Origin: the human T2T-CHM13v2.0 reference genome, Homo sapiens | Length of the DNA: 64,000 nucleotides | Strand: one strand, 5' to 3' | NCBI RefSeq assembly: GCF_009914755.1 | Contig: NC_060927.1 | Shown: positions 28,606 to 43,539 of the stretch, piece by piece | How the letters are laid out: each line of letters opens with the position of its first letter | Position numbering within the stretch: the first letter of the stretch is position 1 | The notes under the pieces: generated by a model | Database searches by the model: none | Told to the model about the DNA's origin: nothing | Seen by the model: the letters and a program-made list of their open reading frames with translations, nothing else | Position numbers and translations under genes: made by a program

Positions 28606-28750
28606 GCCATGTCTGCATGGGAAAGGAAGCTGCAGTGGGCATATTTATATGTGTGTATATATATTATATATATATTTTTTATATATATAATATATATACA
28701 CACATACCTATAGGTATATATACACATACACATACATACACACATATATG
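28477..28750. repeat. Compound (TG)n/(TA)n/(CA)(TA) microsatellite
   Basis: Direct reading; interrupted by a 39-bp MTAP-derived insert at 28602-28640. Confidence 0.9.
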
Positions 28751-29194
28751 ATAATTTTGGTAACTATATATTTGAAGGCCAATGCTCAGTCCAAGTACGT
28801 AGAACACCAGGTTACTTGAAAGACACCTTGTAGAATCATTTGACTTATTCTAGACTTGGGTGACTTAGGAACTGACGTTCTTACGTTTCCATCAGATTAC
28901 TTGACAAAGAATTAGAAGACCTAGGTTTTGGTTCCAAGTCTAACACTAACTAGCTATATGATCATGATAAAATGATTAATATCTCAATTCTTTAATTTAC
29001 TCATCTTTACAACGTACTAGATTTTTATGGATACTTCTAACAGTTTATGATCTATACATTTACTGAAACTCTCTTAACCTCTTGAAATCTTGAGCTCAGA
29101 AGTATTTGAAATCTAACCATCTGTAAGTACTTAGAAAAATGGCAATACTGAGCTAAAACATACTAAATAAGTATTCAAGAATAGGTTTACTTAC

Positions 29195-29270
29195 AGTCAC
29201 AGTCTTAGCATCCATCTCTGTGAATATGAATTCTCCTCCTTCAAAGTCATCATTCATATATAGGAGAGCA
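29195..29270 (-). CDS. P3H2: P3H2 exon 13 (76 nt): ALLYMNDDFEGGEFIFTEMDAKTVT
   Basis: TAG acceptor 29271-29273, GTAAGT donor from 29194, phase 2/0; LYxN..EGGE prolyl-hydroxylase motif. Confidence 0.96.
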
Positions 29271-30268
29271 CTATAAGAATGAAGAGAAAACTATTTGTAT
29301 TATTATATGCTTATGAGAGCATGGTCATAGAATACTGAAGACTGGTGATGTACTGTCCAGCCTCCATTAGTAAGTTTCCTTTGAACTAGACATTGATATA
29401 ATTGGTCCTCCAAACTCTTAAAGAGAAGATCAGATAGAGTTTGAGTTATACCTCTGAAGAGTTTACTTATTCCACCTTTACTAAAATTGTAATCATATGT
29501 CAAAGCTTGTCTCACATTTCACTTCCTCCACAGAAAACCTAACTAGTTTTAATTTAATCTAGCCCTTTGAACGTGCCCACCCTAATTACAACTCTCTTTT
29601 TCCCTTATATAACTCTAAAGGATTTTTGTTTGTTTGTTTGCTTTGTTCTTGTTGTTGTTTTTCTCTTTAACTTGCTGAAGAGTTCCTTGTGGCCTAGCCA
29701 CGCCTTGCAGATAGCGGGTGCTTAATAAATGTTTTGGAATCGAGTACAGTGTAGTAAGGATGAACACATGGTGACTATAACTCCTGATTCCTTACACACT
29801 GAAATCTCTCTCAATAGGTAAGGACATTCTTTTCTCCTGAGTTTCTAGTGTCTTATTTATAAAATGCAGACATAGTTCTTCTTGGGTATGAATAAAGATA
29901 ATTGATGTGATAAAGTCCTTATGTAGGCCAAGACTCCATGCCCTTGTATTCTGACTGAAATACATATACCACAAGGAATATGTTCCAGGGAGAACAGGAA
30001 TTTTTTTAAAAGAACATAAAATTTACTTTTCATATTAAAACAAAATGGACATTTTGTGAAATGGGATGCAAACTGTGCACAATTTTTAAGATAAAAGTGA
30101 GATGATAATGCCACTTATTGGTTATGGCAGCTACTTCAGAAGATTATTTGAGAATTTCTGCCTTGGAGATATGAACACGACGTCAAGCAAAACAGAGCAC
30201 CTTTCCAGTTTTCACTGCTTGAAAACTGTTAGGTAAAAGCTTTGTTTTGAAGCAGGTTCTAGCTATAC

Positions 30269-30386
30269 CTATAGTCTCGAAATGTGTAAGCAGGAGGCTC
30301 CTTCCAGCATTCGTTGGCCTCTGGATCCAACAAACAGTTGTCAGCATGGATGGGATGACTGAGGTCATTTCTTCTATCCTGCTGAC
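30269..30386 (-). CDS. P3H2: P3H2 exon 12 (118 nt): GQQDRRNDLSHPIHADNC...FRDYS; Fe-binding HxD
   Basis: CAG acceptor 30387-30389, GT donor 30267-30268, phase 1/2; HAD is the HxD iron-ligand motif of 2OG dioxygenases. Confidence 0.96.
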
Positions 30387-31252
30387 CTGCCAGAAAAGGG
30401 AATAGGGAAGAACGAGAAATGAAGTGCAGCAACTTCCACCAAAGTAACTGACAATCTCTCTTCTCCCAGTCCTGATGATCTTTGCAAATGGGCGGAGGCA
30501 GACAACAGGAAAGAACAGATAAAAGAACAGTGGACAAGTAGTTGAGATTCTGGTCTGGTTCTGATATGAACTGGATGTGAAACCTTGAGCATGTCACACC
30601 TGTCTCTTCAGCTATAAAAGTTATTTCTGATATAAACATACATGAACAAATTCCATGCATTTCATGGGTTGTACTTCACATAGGGCAGCAAAACAATGGG
30701 AAGGAAATGAAAATTTTTTAAAAAAACAAGATTTAATTCAGCTAAAACTTCCCAAGTGTAAAAGTCTACTCCTATGACATCATTATTCCCCCCGCCCCAT
30801 TCAGAGGGGCATAAGACATAGAGGAGAAATAATGCTGAGCAGGGACCGAGAAGGTCCCGGTCTTTTTAAGAGTATTTCTTTCAATCATCCCTTCATCTTC
30901 TATGCTTCCACTTAATGCTGGTAGACATCATGGTGACTATGATTTCCATGTTCCTGATTCCTCAAAATGGGAAACCTACAGCAGAAAAGCATTTTTTTTT
31001 CCCAAGACTTCAGCAATTGGGGAAAATTGATTTGGAAGGGAAAATGTTCAGAACGAGGGTTTTCTGGAACTTCAGAAGAACAAAAGGAAGAAAAAGAAAG
31101 AAGCAGAATAAGAGTTCATAAGCTACTTTTGTTTTGGAAATCTAGAATTCGTCTAAAATATTAATCTACCATGCTGTTGAGCTTTGTTTTGCCTTGTTTC
31201 ATTTCCCAATGTATTGTGGGTAAAAGGGAACCATTTCAGACTGCAATCTCAC

Positions 31253-31403
31253 CAGACAGGGCTGTTCGGCAGACCATGTGTGTATAGGAAAAATACAGAG
31301 TTGAGTTCAGCATAAAATAAGATTCTACAATCCTTCGAGCCTTTTCGCTGATGTCATAAAACAGACGAGCGCTCTTCAGTGGGACTCGACCTTCATAACC
31401 AGA
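31253..31403 (-). CDS. P3H2: P3H2 exon 11 (151 nt): SGYEGRVPLK...VCRTALS
   Basis: CAG acceptor 31404-31406, GTGAG donor from 31252, phase 0/1. Confidence 0.96.
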
Positions 31404-31853
31404 CTGAAAAAAAAAACACAAAACATGAGAAACAAATGGGTTCATTGGAGGACGTAAGAAAAACAGGCACTAGCTTGCATTGAGCCAATATAGGATTGTC
31501 ATGTCTGTATTGACTAATGGGGAAGGCTACTACATATTTGTGGATTTCGGTTAGGACATTGTGCCATTGGAATAAACTCTTCCCAATAACAGATGGAAAG
31601 CTAAAAGCTACTTGGTTCCTCTTCTCTTCTATTATAATATGTTCTACCATCCTCTCTAACAACCCTTCCTGCAGTAGAGAATAATTACTTGTTTGAATAT
31701 GTTTTCACTATTAGATCATGATTTTACAAAGAGGGATTGTATGTATTTTTTGTCAGGAAATGTAAAGTTTGGTAAGTTGATGGCTGAACGGAGGAATGAT
31801 TAACTACAATGAAGGTTTCATTTCACTCTTGCTTCTTTCAGCTGTCCTGATAG

Positions 31854-32197
<344 letters not shown>

Positions 32198-32282
32198 ACT
32201 TTTTTCTTTCTTATATCTGCCATTTACAGAAGCCTTAGGCTGACACTAAGGAACTCAAACCCAAAAGAAGTTAAGACTTTAC

Positions 32283-32378
32283 TTTGAGTGCTTTCAGGAC
32301 AGTTGCACCTTCAAACTTTTCATTGGGTGTATGGGGTGAAGTTTTTCCTCTGTATCCATCACCAACAAGCATGATTCC
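32283..32378 (-). CDS. P3H2: P3H2 exon 10 (96 nt): GIMLVGDGYRGKTSPHTPNEKFEGATVLKALK
   Basis: CAG acceptor 32379-32381, GT donor 32281-32282, phase 0/0; leprecan-family GDGYxG..SPHT motif. Confidence 0.96.
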
Positions 32379-32931
32379 CTGGAAGCAAATACAAGAAGAT
32401 ACGTCATCAATGATAACTATGAATTCATCAGGTCTTTTTCTGCTTTGGCTGCCAGAAAGCTGAGAACTCTAGTCAATGCTAAGAACCATCCCCATTTTAT
32501 TCCAGGATGCTGGTATAACTATTCTTTTAATTAAAAGAGATATCTTTATTTAATCTTCATTCTACATTTTTATTATCAAATACTGTCACTTTTTATGGAA
32601 ATAAAAAGAATGTAAATTATTGATATATTGCCTAATAATTAATTAAAATAAAAGGATTTCTCCAGCAACTTTATATGATAGGCAGGGACCTTGCTAGATG
32701 GCTGTTGGGCTAGGAAATATGCCAGTAGCTATTCCAGATCCCACCCGGGAAAACTAAAATAATCCCAACCCAAAGGCTATAAAAGTTCCTCAAAAATAAT
32801 TTATGTCTTTCTCCTCAAGAAAGCAATATTTCAGGGCTTGTTGTCTGGCTCCAGATGAGACCAGGACCAAAGCAGTTCCAGCTTCTTGGCAGGCCAGCGC
32901 AGTGAGCTCCCCTCCTTCTCCGGATCCTCAC

Positions 32932-33059
32932 ACTGGCCACGCTGTGGAGCTCCCGGCACTGTTCTTCCGACAGGACGTTATCCAGGAGAACCCGCTGAGT
33001 CCCGTTCAGCTGCTCCGAGTTGTAGACGAATGTGATGTTCTCATAGAGTAGAGGACCAC
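32932..33059 (-). CDS. P3H2: P3H2 exon 9 (128 nt): GGPLLYENITF...LHSVAS
   Basis: TAG acceptor 33060-33062, GTGAG donor from 32931, phase 1/0; N-glycosylation sequons NIT and NGT. Confidence 0.96.
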
Positions 33060-34619
33060 CTACAGGAACAGAGCACATTGTCTTCCCTGTTACCTCTGTC
33101 CCCCGAAAGGAAGCACAGAATACCAAACAGCTTTCAATGTGCAATTCGAATGAGTCCATTTCTTCATGAATATTTAGAAATGCAAAGACAAATTGCAAAT
33201 TAGGAAGCTTGATAAACACAATATAGATTCAGGAGAAAGATGTCTATCGGGTTTCCTCATAATGTCATAATAATGTTACATGCGTACATTATTTTGGGAG
33301 AGATAGAACTACTTTTGCATTTGTTTCTAATGCTGATCCCAAAAAGTCGACTGGGCATCTCATAGGACTCTCTTCTGAGAAAGTCCACCCTTGTTCACAG
33401 CCCCTCATTCATACCTCTGTCGCAACACCACAGATTGCATGTTTGGGTCCCCAGGTATGACATGCACACCTCAGTTTCACTGGTGTCTAGAGTAACACCT
33501 TCACTAGGTGATTCAGGTAGTCACACCCAAGTCACTTGACTCTGCCTCAGTCTTCCTACCACACAACTGACCCTAGGTTGTCTTGCTTTTGGAGTGTTTT
33601 TCTCTGTTCTCCAGGCAAAATCATCACGTTTCTATTTCCACACAGGAGGGTTTCCCTTAGGCACCTACTCTCTTCCCAGAGAGAGACCACAAGTTTATAA
33701 AATTAACTCCAGATAGGCTCTTCAGAGGGTGATGCTTTGGGGTCACATTTTAGGTTGTGAAATTACAAAATCCAGACCTGACAAAGACTTTTTTTCATAG
33801 AGTAGGACTGAAGGACAAAGCCTCTGATAGAGAGGAAATCTTCTGGTGTAGCATAGTGCAAACATTTTGAACCAGAAAATGGAACAGAAAAGAAAACACT
33901 GCTTCTAACCATTTATAACACTCCCAAGGGGCCTGGTGCGTGCTTGTCCATAGCAACAGCCGAAGATAAGACAGCAGGGATAGGGAAGGCACAACCCCCT
34001 GCCACCCCAGGTCTAGCAAAGGTCACCAACACGTTGGCCTAAAACACTCCAACAGAGGAAGAAGAGACAATTGAAATTGATGTCTACTTTATAAAATAGA
34101 TTAGTCAGCCTAGGGAAGAGCACTGTCTAAATGTTTATTAGTCTAGCTAGGATAAAAGACTCACTACAGCTCATGATTAATGGAATATTAAAAGCATGAG
34201 GCAGTGTTTCTCAATCTAGAGTAATGTTCGGTTATCTGTTAAAGCAGAAGTTCCCTAAGGAGCTCCAGTGCTGACAAATTATTTTCACTCTAATTTTACT
34301 TCTATATATGCAATCATAAAACTATGTTCACATTATTTATTTTAGTAGTTTCATACAGTACCCAAACCAATTTACAAGACTAAATAAAAGCAAGACCATA
34401 AAATGAACTAAATTCCAATCAACAAATGGAATGGTTAACGTTATTTTTCTGAAAATAAAATCTACCTTCCACATGAATATTCTACTCACTGATCTGGTCT
34501 GGGTTCTTTTGAGCCAGGATTCCTTATAGTACTGTTGGTGTGTAATTACTATTCTACCACAACTTTTCTCTAGTTAAACTACTACACAATCTTAATGTAC
34601 CACGATTAATTTTGGCCTT

Positions 34620-34962
34620 TGTATCAGTCCATTTTCTTGCTGCTAATAAACACATACCTGAGACTGGGTAATTATAAAGAAAAAGAGATTTAACGGACTC
34701 ACAGTTCCACATCTGGGGAGGCCTCACAATCATGGTGGAAGGCAAAGAAGGAGAAAGTCATGTCTTACATGGTGGCAGGCAAGAGAGCTTGTGCAGGGAA
34801 ACTCCCGTTTATAAAACCATCAGATCTTGTGAGACTTATTCACTACCAGGAGAACAAACCACCCCCATGATTCAATTATCTCCACCTGGCCCTGCCCTTG
34901 ACATATGGGGATTATTACAATTCAAGGTGAGATGTGGGTGGGGACACAGCTAAACCATATCA
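34620..34962 (-). mobile_element. THE1-family (MaLR) solo LTR
   Basis: TGTATCAGTCC...GGGACACAGCTAAACCATATCA termini; 5-bp flanks GCCTT/GCTTT. Confidence 0.88.
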
Positions 34963-35474
34963 GCTTTCATCTAAGCCTAATACATTATTTATAAGTGCAT
35001 CGTATTTCATTTATTTCTAGTCTTTAATCATTGAAGTATTATTAGTTGGCGTTAATATGACCATAACTGTGCCCATTGAACTGTGGAATCCCATGACACC
35101 ACCTGGCTAGAAGTTGATCCCTTAGATAACCCCTAATTGCTTCTCTTAATTTTTGAAAATTGTGATTAAAATTTATAAATATGGAATTTTTGGATCCCAA
35201 GAATATATCCATAAGCCTCGTTTCAGTATCACATCTTTTAGTTGAATAGAAAAATATGCTTTTCTACAATTCACTATTTCTCAAATTGTGTTGCATTGAA
35301 AGTTCTGGGAAAGTACTGGGTTAAATAAAAGATAAGAGGACGTCTCAGAACTTTTAATATGTGAACAGGCCTTATTAATGTCCTAAGTAGTAACATAATA
35401 TGCAGCAGTTTTTAGCCTTAATTGAATACAATTCTCTCCCTCCCCGACTTCCCCAACTTCCTTCCTGCAGCAGA

Positions 35475-35965
35475 GACTTTACGATGGGCTGCAATGATCA
35501 TTGCCTCCCAACATTCATACAGCTGTGCAATTTGCTTCCCACAAGTGCGAGTGGAACCTGGAACTTATTTCTAAACAGTAGAATATGGCAAAGGTGATAA
35601 GGTGTCATTTCTGTGACTATGTTACATGAAATTGCAACTTCTCTCTTGCCTTCTCAGTCTCTTGCCTTCTCCGCTGCCATGCTGTAATGAAGCAAGCGGC
35701 TGTACTGGAGAGGATCACATGGCAAGGAATAGAGGGCGTCCTCCAGCCAACAACCAACTAGGAACTAAAAGGCCATAGTCCAACAACTTTTTGGGAACTG
35801 AATTCTCAGCCCTGGTCAACAACTTGACTGAAACCGGTGAGAGATCCTGAAGCCAAAGACACAGTTATGTTCTCTGCAGACTCTTACCCCACAGAAACTA
35901 TGAGATAATAAATGGATATTTTCATAAGCTGCTATATTTTCATTATGTTTTCACAGCAATAAAAA
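35475..35965 (+). mobile_element. MLT1-family (MaLR) LTR
   Basis: AGAATATGGCAAAGGTGA, CACATGGCAAGGAA, CCCACAGAAACTATGAGATAATAAATG, CAGCAATA motifs. Confidence 0.78.
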
Positions 35966-35981
35966 AAGTAGTCTTTAAAAA

Positions 35982-36279
35982 ATTTATTTGACAGGGTCTC
36001 ACTGTCACTCAGGCTGGAGTGCAGTGGCACCACCATCATGGCTCACTGCAGCCTTGACCTCCTATCCTCAAGCAATCCTCCCACCTCAGACTCCCAAGTA
36101 GCTGGGACTATAGGCACGCACCACCATGCCTAGTTTATTTTTTTTTTTGTCAGGGTCTTGTTATTTTTTTATTTTCAGGGTCTTGCCCAGGCTGGTCTTC
36201 AACTCCTGGACTCAAGCCATCCTCCCTCCTCAGCCTCCCAAAGTGCTTGGATTCGAGGCATGAGCCACCACGCCCAGCC
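35982..36279 (-). mobile_element. AluJ
   Basis: ATGGCTCACTGCAGCCTTGACCTCC and CTCAAGCAATCCTCCC J-type features. Confidence 0.88.
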
Positions 36280-37510
36280 AAGTAGTCTTTTAAAAATCCC
36301 CCCTAAACGTCTTAGCATAGAACGCAATTTGGAAAAGGCTGTTCTAATCTATGTAGCTGATTAAAGTTTGTAGTCAAATTGAGACAGGCATTCCCTCGAA
36401 TATTTGGAAAAGTGAACTGTATATTCCATTCCAATTTAGAAGTATAAAAAGAAATGTTCCTTCAAGAAGAAAGATAAGATACTTGTAGATTCACTGAAAA
36501 GCATCTGCTAATAAAAACTCAAATAGAAATGAAAGACAGATGAGAGATTTAGTGAATTAAGTTGGTTTATACTTTGCCAAGTTTTTCTCTTTTTCTACAT
36601 TGAAGATGTATTATTTTAAACATAATTAGCTTATTTTCAAAATATGATTTTGAAAGTTAGCAAAAATGAAATATTTAGGAAAATGTCTACCAGTCTTAAG
36701 CTCCATTATAAGTATGTATTATCATTACTATCGTTATTGTTGAATTAATAAGCTACACCTGGAATACTGTGTTAAGTTCTGATTGAGACACCTTAATAAG
36801 CATAGAGCCTTAAGAGAAGGCTACTGGGATATTGACAATTCTCCTAGCATTCCACAAGTAACATGCAAAGATCAAGTGAAGGAAGAATGTAACATGGAGT
36901 CTTCAATATCTGAATCTTGGGTTCCGGGAGAATCTGCATTAGAAATATGCCTTTCATGTAGCTAACATAATCATTAATATTACTAAGTGTAGAATTTTAC
37001 ACAGATATTTTCCACACGTACATTTAACAAAAACGACCCATCACCCATCAACTAACCAAAGGAAAAAAAAAAAGACAAATGAAACCCTATCATTCAACAG
37101 GCAAGTCAACCAGCCTCCATATGACTACCAGTCTTAAGCTGGTAGCTTAATGACTAGTAGCACACCAGACAGAGGAAAACATTAAAATAAAAATAAAAAT
37201 GTAGTCCAATAAATTGTGGTTTCTGGGGCCTGATTTGATGGCTTCAGCCAATTCTTAACCACAGCCCAAGAAGATTTAGTCAAACAAGTTAATTCTTCCC
37301 TCGTTTATAAAGTATGTGCCTGGCTCTGACTCTCTGGTTGCAACAAGAAGGGATCATCTAAGAAAGTACTCCCTTGTACTCACTGTCTGGCTCATGGCAA
37401 GAAGAATCACTTTATCAGAAATTCGATAGTGTCATACAAAGCATGATGGTGTAGGCAGGCTAACAATCCCTATATGAGTACAGCCTTTTACAGTTAAAAA
37501 AACAAAAAAA

Positions 37511-37815
<305 letters not shown>

Positions 37816-37902
37816 AGAACTTTTTATGTTTACCATCTTAAAACAGTTACTATCCTTCTTTTATAGATAAAAATCATAGGGCCCAGAAAAATTGAGTCAC
37901 TA

Positions 37903-38360
<458 letters not shown>

Positions 38361-38654
38361 AATCTGGTGAGTGAAAGGAGAATGGACAAGTGACAGCAAT
38401 GTTTTTTAGTGAGTTTCCATATCACGCATGTTTCATGGACTGAAGCCACTGTGGGATGTAAGTAGCCCTGGGTCACCCCATCTTAATGCTTAGGAGCTGT
38501 CCAGTAGGAATAATACGAAATACTAAACACTGATAGGCATCCAGAGTAGATGACAGTCTCTTTGGGGAAGATGAGAAAAGCTGAAGTATACTCTATTCTG
38601 CGACACATGCCTCCCTGACATCCCCTTTTAGTCAGATTAAGATATGAAAATGTT

Positions 38655-39017
<363 letters not shown>

Positions 39018-39049
39018 TTAGGTATCTGACGACTGGACAACAGGCTTTT

Positions 39050-39880
39050 TAGTTATGATATAATAAGAAATATACTGGTTTTTATCCCTTGTTTCTAGCA
39101 CAGAGCTCCCAAATCCCTTGGAATTTCCCAAGGGATAAGAGTGTCCTTTTTTACTTATAATGAGATCCTTTTGATCACACTTAAGTTTATGCTGATGAGA
39201 TGAATTAGGGTAGGGCCCCTAAAAAGATTCAGAATGGGGCTGGTCACCAGAAAGACCAAGTGATTAGGAAAGTGAAACTTTTAGCCCCACCCACAGACCT
39301 CTGGGAAAGGAGTTTGGGGCCTGCAGATTAAGCTCTATAAAAACTCTTGAACAACAAGATTTGATGAGCTTCTAGGTTGCTGAGCACGTGGAGATGCTGG
39401 GAGGGTGGTTTGCCCATGGAGGGCATGGAAGCTCCTCCTGCCATCCCCCCATACCTTGCCCTATGTACCTCTTCATCTAGCTGTTCATCTGTATCCTTTA
39501 TAATAAACCAGTAAACACAAGAGTTTCCTGAGTTCTGTGGGATGCTCTAGCAAATTAACCTAACCCAAAGTCAGGATCATGGGAACACTGGTTTGTAGCT
39601 GGTCAATGAGGGGTTGGTCAGAAGTATAGGTAACAACTTATACTTGCAATTGGCATCTGAAATGCCAGTTGTGGGCTAAGCCCTTAACCTGTGGGATCTG
39701 ACACTATTTCCAGACAGACAGTGTCAGAACTGAATTGGATTAGTTCACCCTCAGTTGCTATCCACTGGAGAATTACTGGTGCATGTGGGTAAAACCTCAC
39801 ACACATCTGGCCACAGAAGTATTCTGTATTGAATGAATATGAGAGTACGGTAGGTAAAAAAAAATTTTTTTTTTCCTTCA
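39050..39880 (+). mobile_element. MER21-family LTR
   Basis: TGATATAATAAGAAATATA...GCACAGAGCTCC...GGGGCTGGTCACCAGAAAGACCAAG...CCTGAGTTCTGTG...TGTGGGATCTGACACTA resembles recalled MER21 consensus. Confidence 0.75.
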
Positions 39881-41416
39881 GACCAGTAGGTTCCCAGAAA
39901 ACATTCCATCCTACAACCCATTAGCCACTTCGTCCTAGACAATTCTGTGGAAATGGTAGATTTGTGTAGCCCAATTAATCATGATCCTTCTCTATCACAC
40001 GTAGTCTTCTGTTCTGCTCTTCTATTAACCTTCTAGTCAGTTGCTGGACACCAGATTCCCTGGTAGCCAGGGGAAAAAAATGCTTTGAAATTTGGCAACT
40101 GTCCTGGAGTTTCCCAAACATTTACAGCAATGTGTTGGCTTATTGGCATGAACTTCCTGGGTGATTTCTCAGCCTAAAAGGCAACATGAACTCTGGCTGA
40201 CCATGAAGCTCTCTGGCATTTGTAAAACAGCTTGGGCTTTGTGGCTGCAAACTGAGGTCCAGGTCAGATTAGATGAGCATATTATCCTGTTTACTGGTTC
40301 AAAACTGACTTGGAAGCTAAGGAAGGAAAGGGATGGGAAATGTGAGAGCTGTAGAGAGCCAAAAGTTTTCAAATCAGAGGAATGTGCTGACAAGGTCTCC
40401 TGGGGAAAGAAGTACTGTACAGCTTCCCAATGCAGCACTTTGAAAGCCTCTTGTCTTGCAATTCTTTCATCAATAGGTGATATATTTTTGATATCTACAC
40501 AATTCTATGTTTCATGCAGCAGGTGAAGAAGAGAAAATGGGATTTCGGGTCAAATGTCTGGGTTCAAATGCCTGTTCAACCTGTTCTGAGCTTCTGAGAC
40601 TTCAGAGAAGTCATTAAATCTTCCCACATGAGATGCTGTTAGTATTAAAATAGTATGCAAATAAATTGTGTGCAAATTTGCTGGGAAATCATAAAACATA
40701 TAGAAATAATAATTGTTAAGAATTAACCACTGCTGTTAGTATTACTATTGCTAATAGTTTTTATTAATATAACAATGCTTGGCTCTACTTAAAAACTGTT
40801 TTTGGCAACACTCCACCTGTTGTCTCTACTAATTTTCATCTTACATAAGTAGGCACATAATGTTCCGCTCGCTTCGTCTCTGTGCCTTTGCTCCGTTTCT
40901 TTTAACCACTAGAATGGTTCCCTCTACATCCATGCATCCTACTACATTCTGCTTTCTCTAAAGGCCCTGCTCAGATCTATGTGCTTCAAGCATCTAAGGT
41001 TAACTAATCTAATATCCCATGTGGCTGGTCTCCTCTCCAAGTTCCTCTGATATACAGTCTGTCCCACACTACCTAGCTCTTACTGACTGTGTAACAGAAG
41101 TAAACCATAGGAAATTGCTAAGCCTCCGGTATTCTGAGAATGGTGATGACCATGCAAGTTTCCTTGGGAAACAGATGAGGGAGTGAATTTGGAGGCTTTT
41201 TCTTTTTTTCTTTTTTTTTGAAACCCATGGTAATAATACACAAATCTAAGACTTTTTTTTTTAAGTCTTGCTTTCAGACTATTAGGGAGTGTAGTAGCTT
41301 AGTCTTATTCTTTATTTTCTAGAGAAAGTGGGTTCTTCCTTGATCTGGAAAAGAACTGGTCAAGCCCCATCTTCCCCTTCCCCTCCTTTATAGGGTAAAA
41401 GTGCACAGCTACTTAC

Positions 41417-41511
41417 CTTCTCTTAGGTCTCGATCTATCTTGGGTGATAGCTTTTTTCCCATTGAGAATCCATGAACTTCTGCTCCCTCTACGTTCACTC
41501 CTGAAGGGACC
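41417..41511 (-). CDS. P3H2: P3H2 exon 8 (95 nt): VPSGVNVEGA...DRDLRE
   Basis: CAG acceptor 41512-41514, GTAAGT donor from 41416, phase 2/1. Confidence 0.94.
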
Positions 41512-42302
41512 CTGCCCATTCAAAAAATTTAAAATGGCAATTTGTCATTGAATAACGATGTTCAAAGGCAAAGAATACTTTACCAAGGTAGTCTGTGACT
41601 CTATATTGTGTATTTTATTGTAAACAAGTTCACCTGTCTTTTAAAGTCAAATTAAATGTCACTGCCTCTAGTAAGTTCTCTATTTCCTCGGTGAGTTTGC
41701 CTTATTTCACTCCTCTAAATCTTCTTAGCAACCTTTATTACAATTAATTGTATGCATAACATAACTCTCTTCAGATTAGACTCTAATCTCAAGTAGGAAA
41801 AAAATTATCATGAGCATCTTTATAATGCTCAGAGTGTCCAATGGGGCCTGGAACATGGAGTGCATCATTGAACAACTGTTGAATTGAAATAAATTATGTC
41901 ATAATGTAGTAGTTCTTGACTATTGTGAAAAGAAGACACAGGTTTGTCATATGCAAACACACAAATGATAGCAGGCTGTTCTTTATATACGTAAAAATCA
42001 AACAAATCCAAATGTGTATATACATTTTTGGATCTCTCGAAATAATTTTATGCCACCCAAGGGTTGAGTTTTTGAAGCCTCGTGAAAGACTTCAAGATTC
42101 TAAATAAGAAGATCTGGATCTGTCCTTCCTTTGTGAAGAAACTCTAAGCAAGTTGCTTGCCTTGTCAGGGCCTCAGGTTCCCAATTTGAAAATGAATAAG
42201 CTGGACCATGTGATCTCAAGCAGGTGTTTCTAACCTTCTGAGTTTCAGTCCTTTTAAAAGATGTAAATTGACTTTTGTCATTTTAAATAATGAGCTTTCT
42301 TG

Positions 42303-42466
42303 GGGGGAGGGGAGAGGGATAGCATTAGGAGATATACCTAATGCTAAATGACAAGTTAATGGGTGCAGCACACCAACACGGCACATGTATACATATGTAA
42401 CAAACCTGCACGTTGTGCACATGTACCCTAAAACTTAAAGTATAATAATAATAAAATTTAAAAAAA
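42303..42466 (+). mobile_element. Short L1PA 3' end (L1PA4-like)
   Basis: GGGGGAGGGGAGAGGGATAGCATTAGGAG...CTTAAAGTATAATAATAATAAAA; TSD AATGAGCTTTCTTG at 42289-42302 and 42467-42480. Confidence 0.88.
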
Positions 42467-42915
42467 AATGAGCTTTCTTGATTTCTGATTCAGTTAGTGA
42501 CACCTAATATTTTAGCTATTTTAGTATAACTTTCTGAACTTCATTATTTTAGGTAAATACAATAAGGGAATTCACCATCAAAAACCCATTTCACAGTTTT
42601 TCTGTTAATAAATCAAAACCAGTATCCAACCTTCTCAGATTCGGAATCATGGAACGTTAGCAGATAGAAAGCACCTGATTTAACCCTTTTTTTCCTGGAA
42701 AAAATGAGATCCAGAAAGCAGAAGATATATTACCTAAGGTTACAAAAACGTGGCAGGAAGAGCTGGGACCTGGATGCAGAGCTCCTAATTCAGAGCTTAG
42801 AATTATTTTATTATATCTCCTTGCCTATTTCATAGAGCTACATTTCTCTATGATAGGTTATGACACTAAGTATTTCTCCTCATAAAAAACCAGTTTGCAT
42901 TCTGAATGGACTTAC

Positions 42916-42956
42916 CGATTCTCATCCTGTCGTCCTCCATATCTGATCCAATAATT
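42916..42956 (-). CDS. P3H2: P3H2 exon 7 (41 nt): NYWIRYGGRQDENR
   Basis: CAG acceptor 42957-42959, GTAAGT donor from 42915, phase 0/2. Confidence 0.94.
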
Positions 42957-43539
42957 CTGTTTTGAATCGAGTAAAAAAAAAATGCAGTAATTTTGTCACT
43001 AAAACATCACTTACAGAATTAAGATAAAATAAAATATGCACAAAACATTCAAAAGATCTATAATTTAGGAATTTTGCATATTGTGTAAAGATACAATATA
43101 TTTATATTTTATAGATTAATGAAAAGGAAGGCTAAAGTTAGTGGAGATTTGGCAAGGACAAAATGAAATACAAGTCGAGTTTTCAAATACTATGGAATTA
43201 GCCTAGATATCCATCCTTTTGTCCAAGAAAGTGACTTGGAATTTGGTGGCAGAAAAACATTTGAAAGATCATTCAGTTCAACTTCTTTATGTTTGCTGAA
43301 TAAAACAAGCAAACAAAATTGAGCTTTAGTAATCATCTGTATAGATCATGAAATTAGTAAATAACATATTTTAAGGTCTCTTGGATAACATAATTTTAAA
43401 AGAATAATAAGTAAGGCCCGATATAAATATTAATATATTAGAAGGTGTTATATTAGAAATAGTACATTAAAATTAACCCATTTTAAAAAGTGTGCCTATA
43501 AAAACACGGCATAAGAAATGAAAAAAGGTTGTAAATGGA

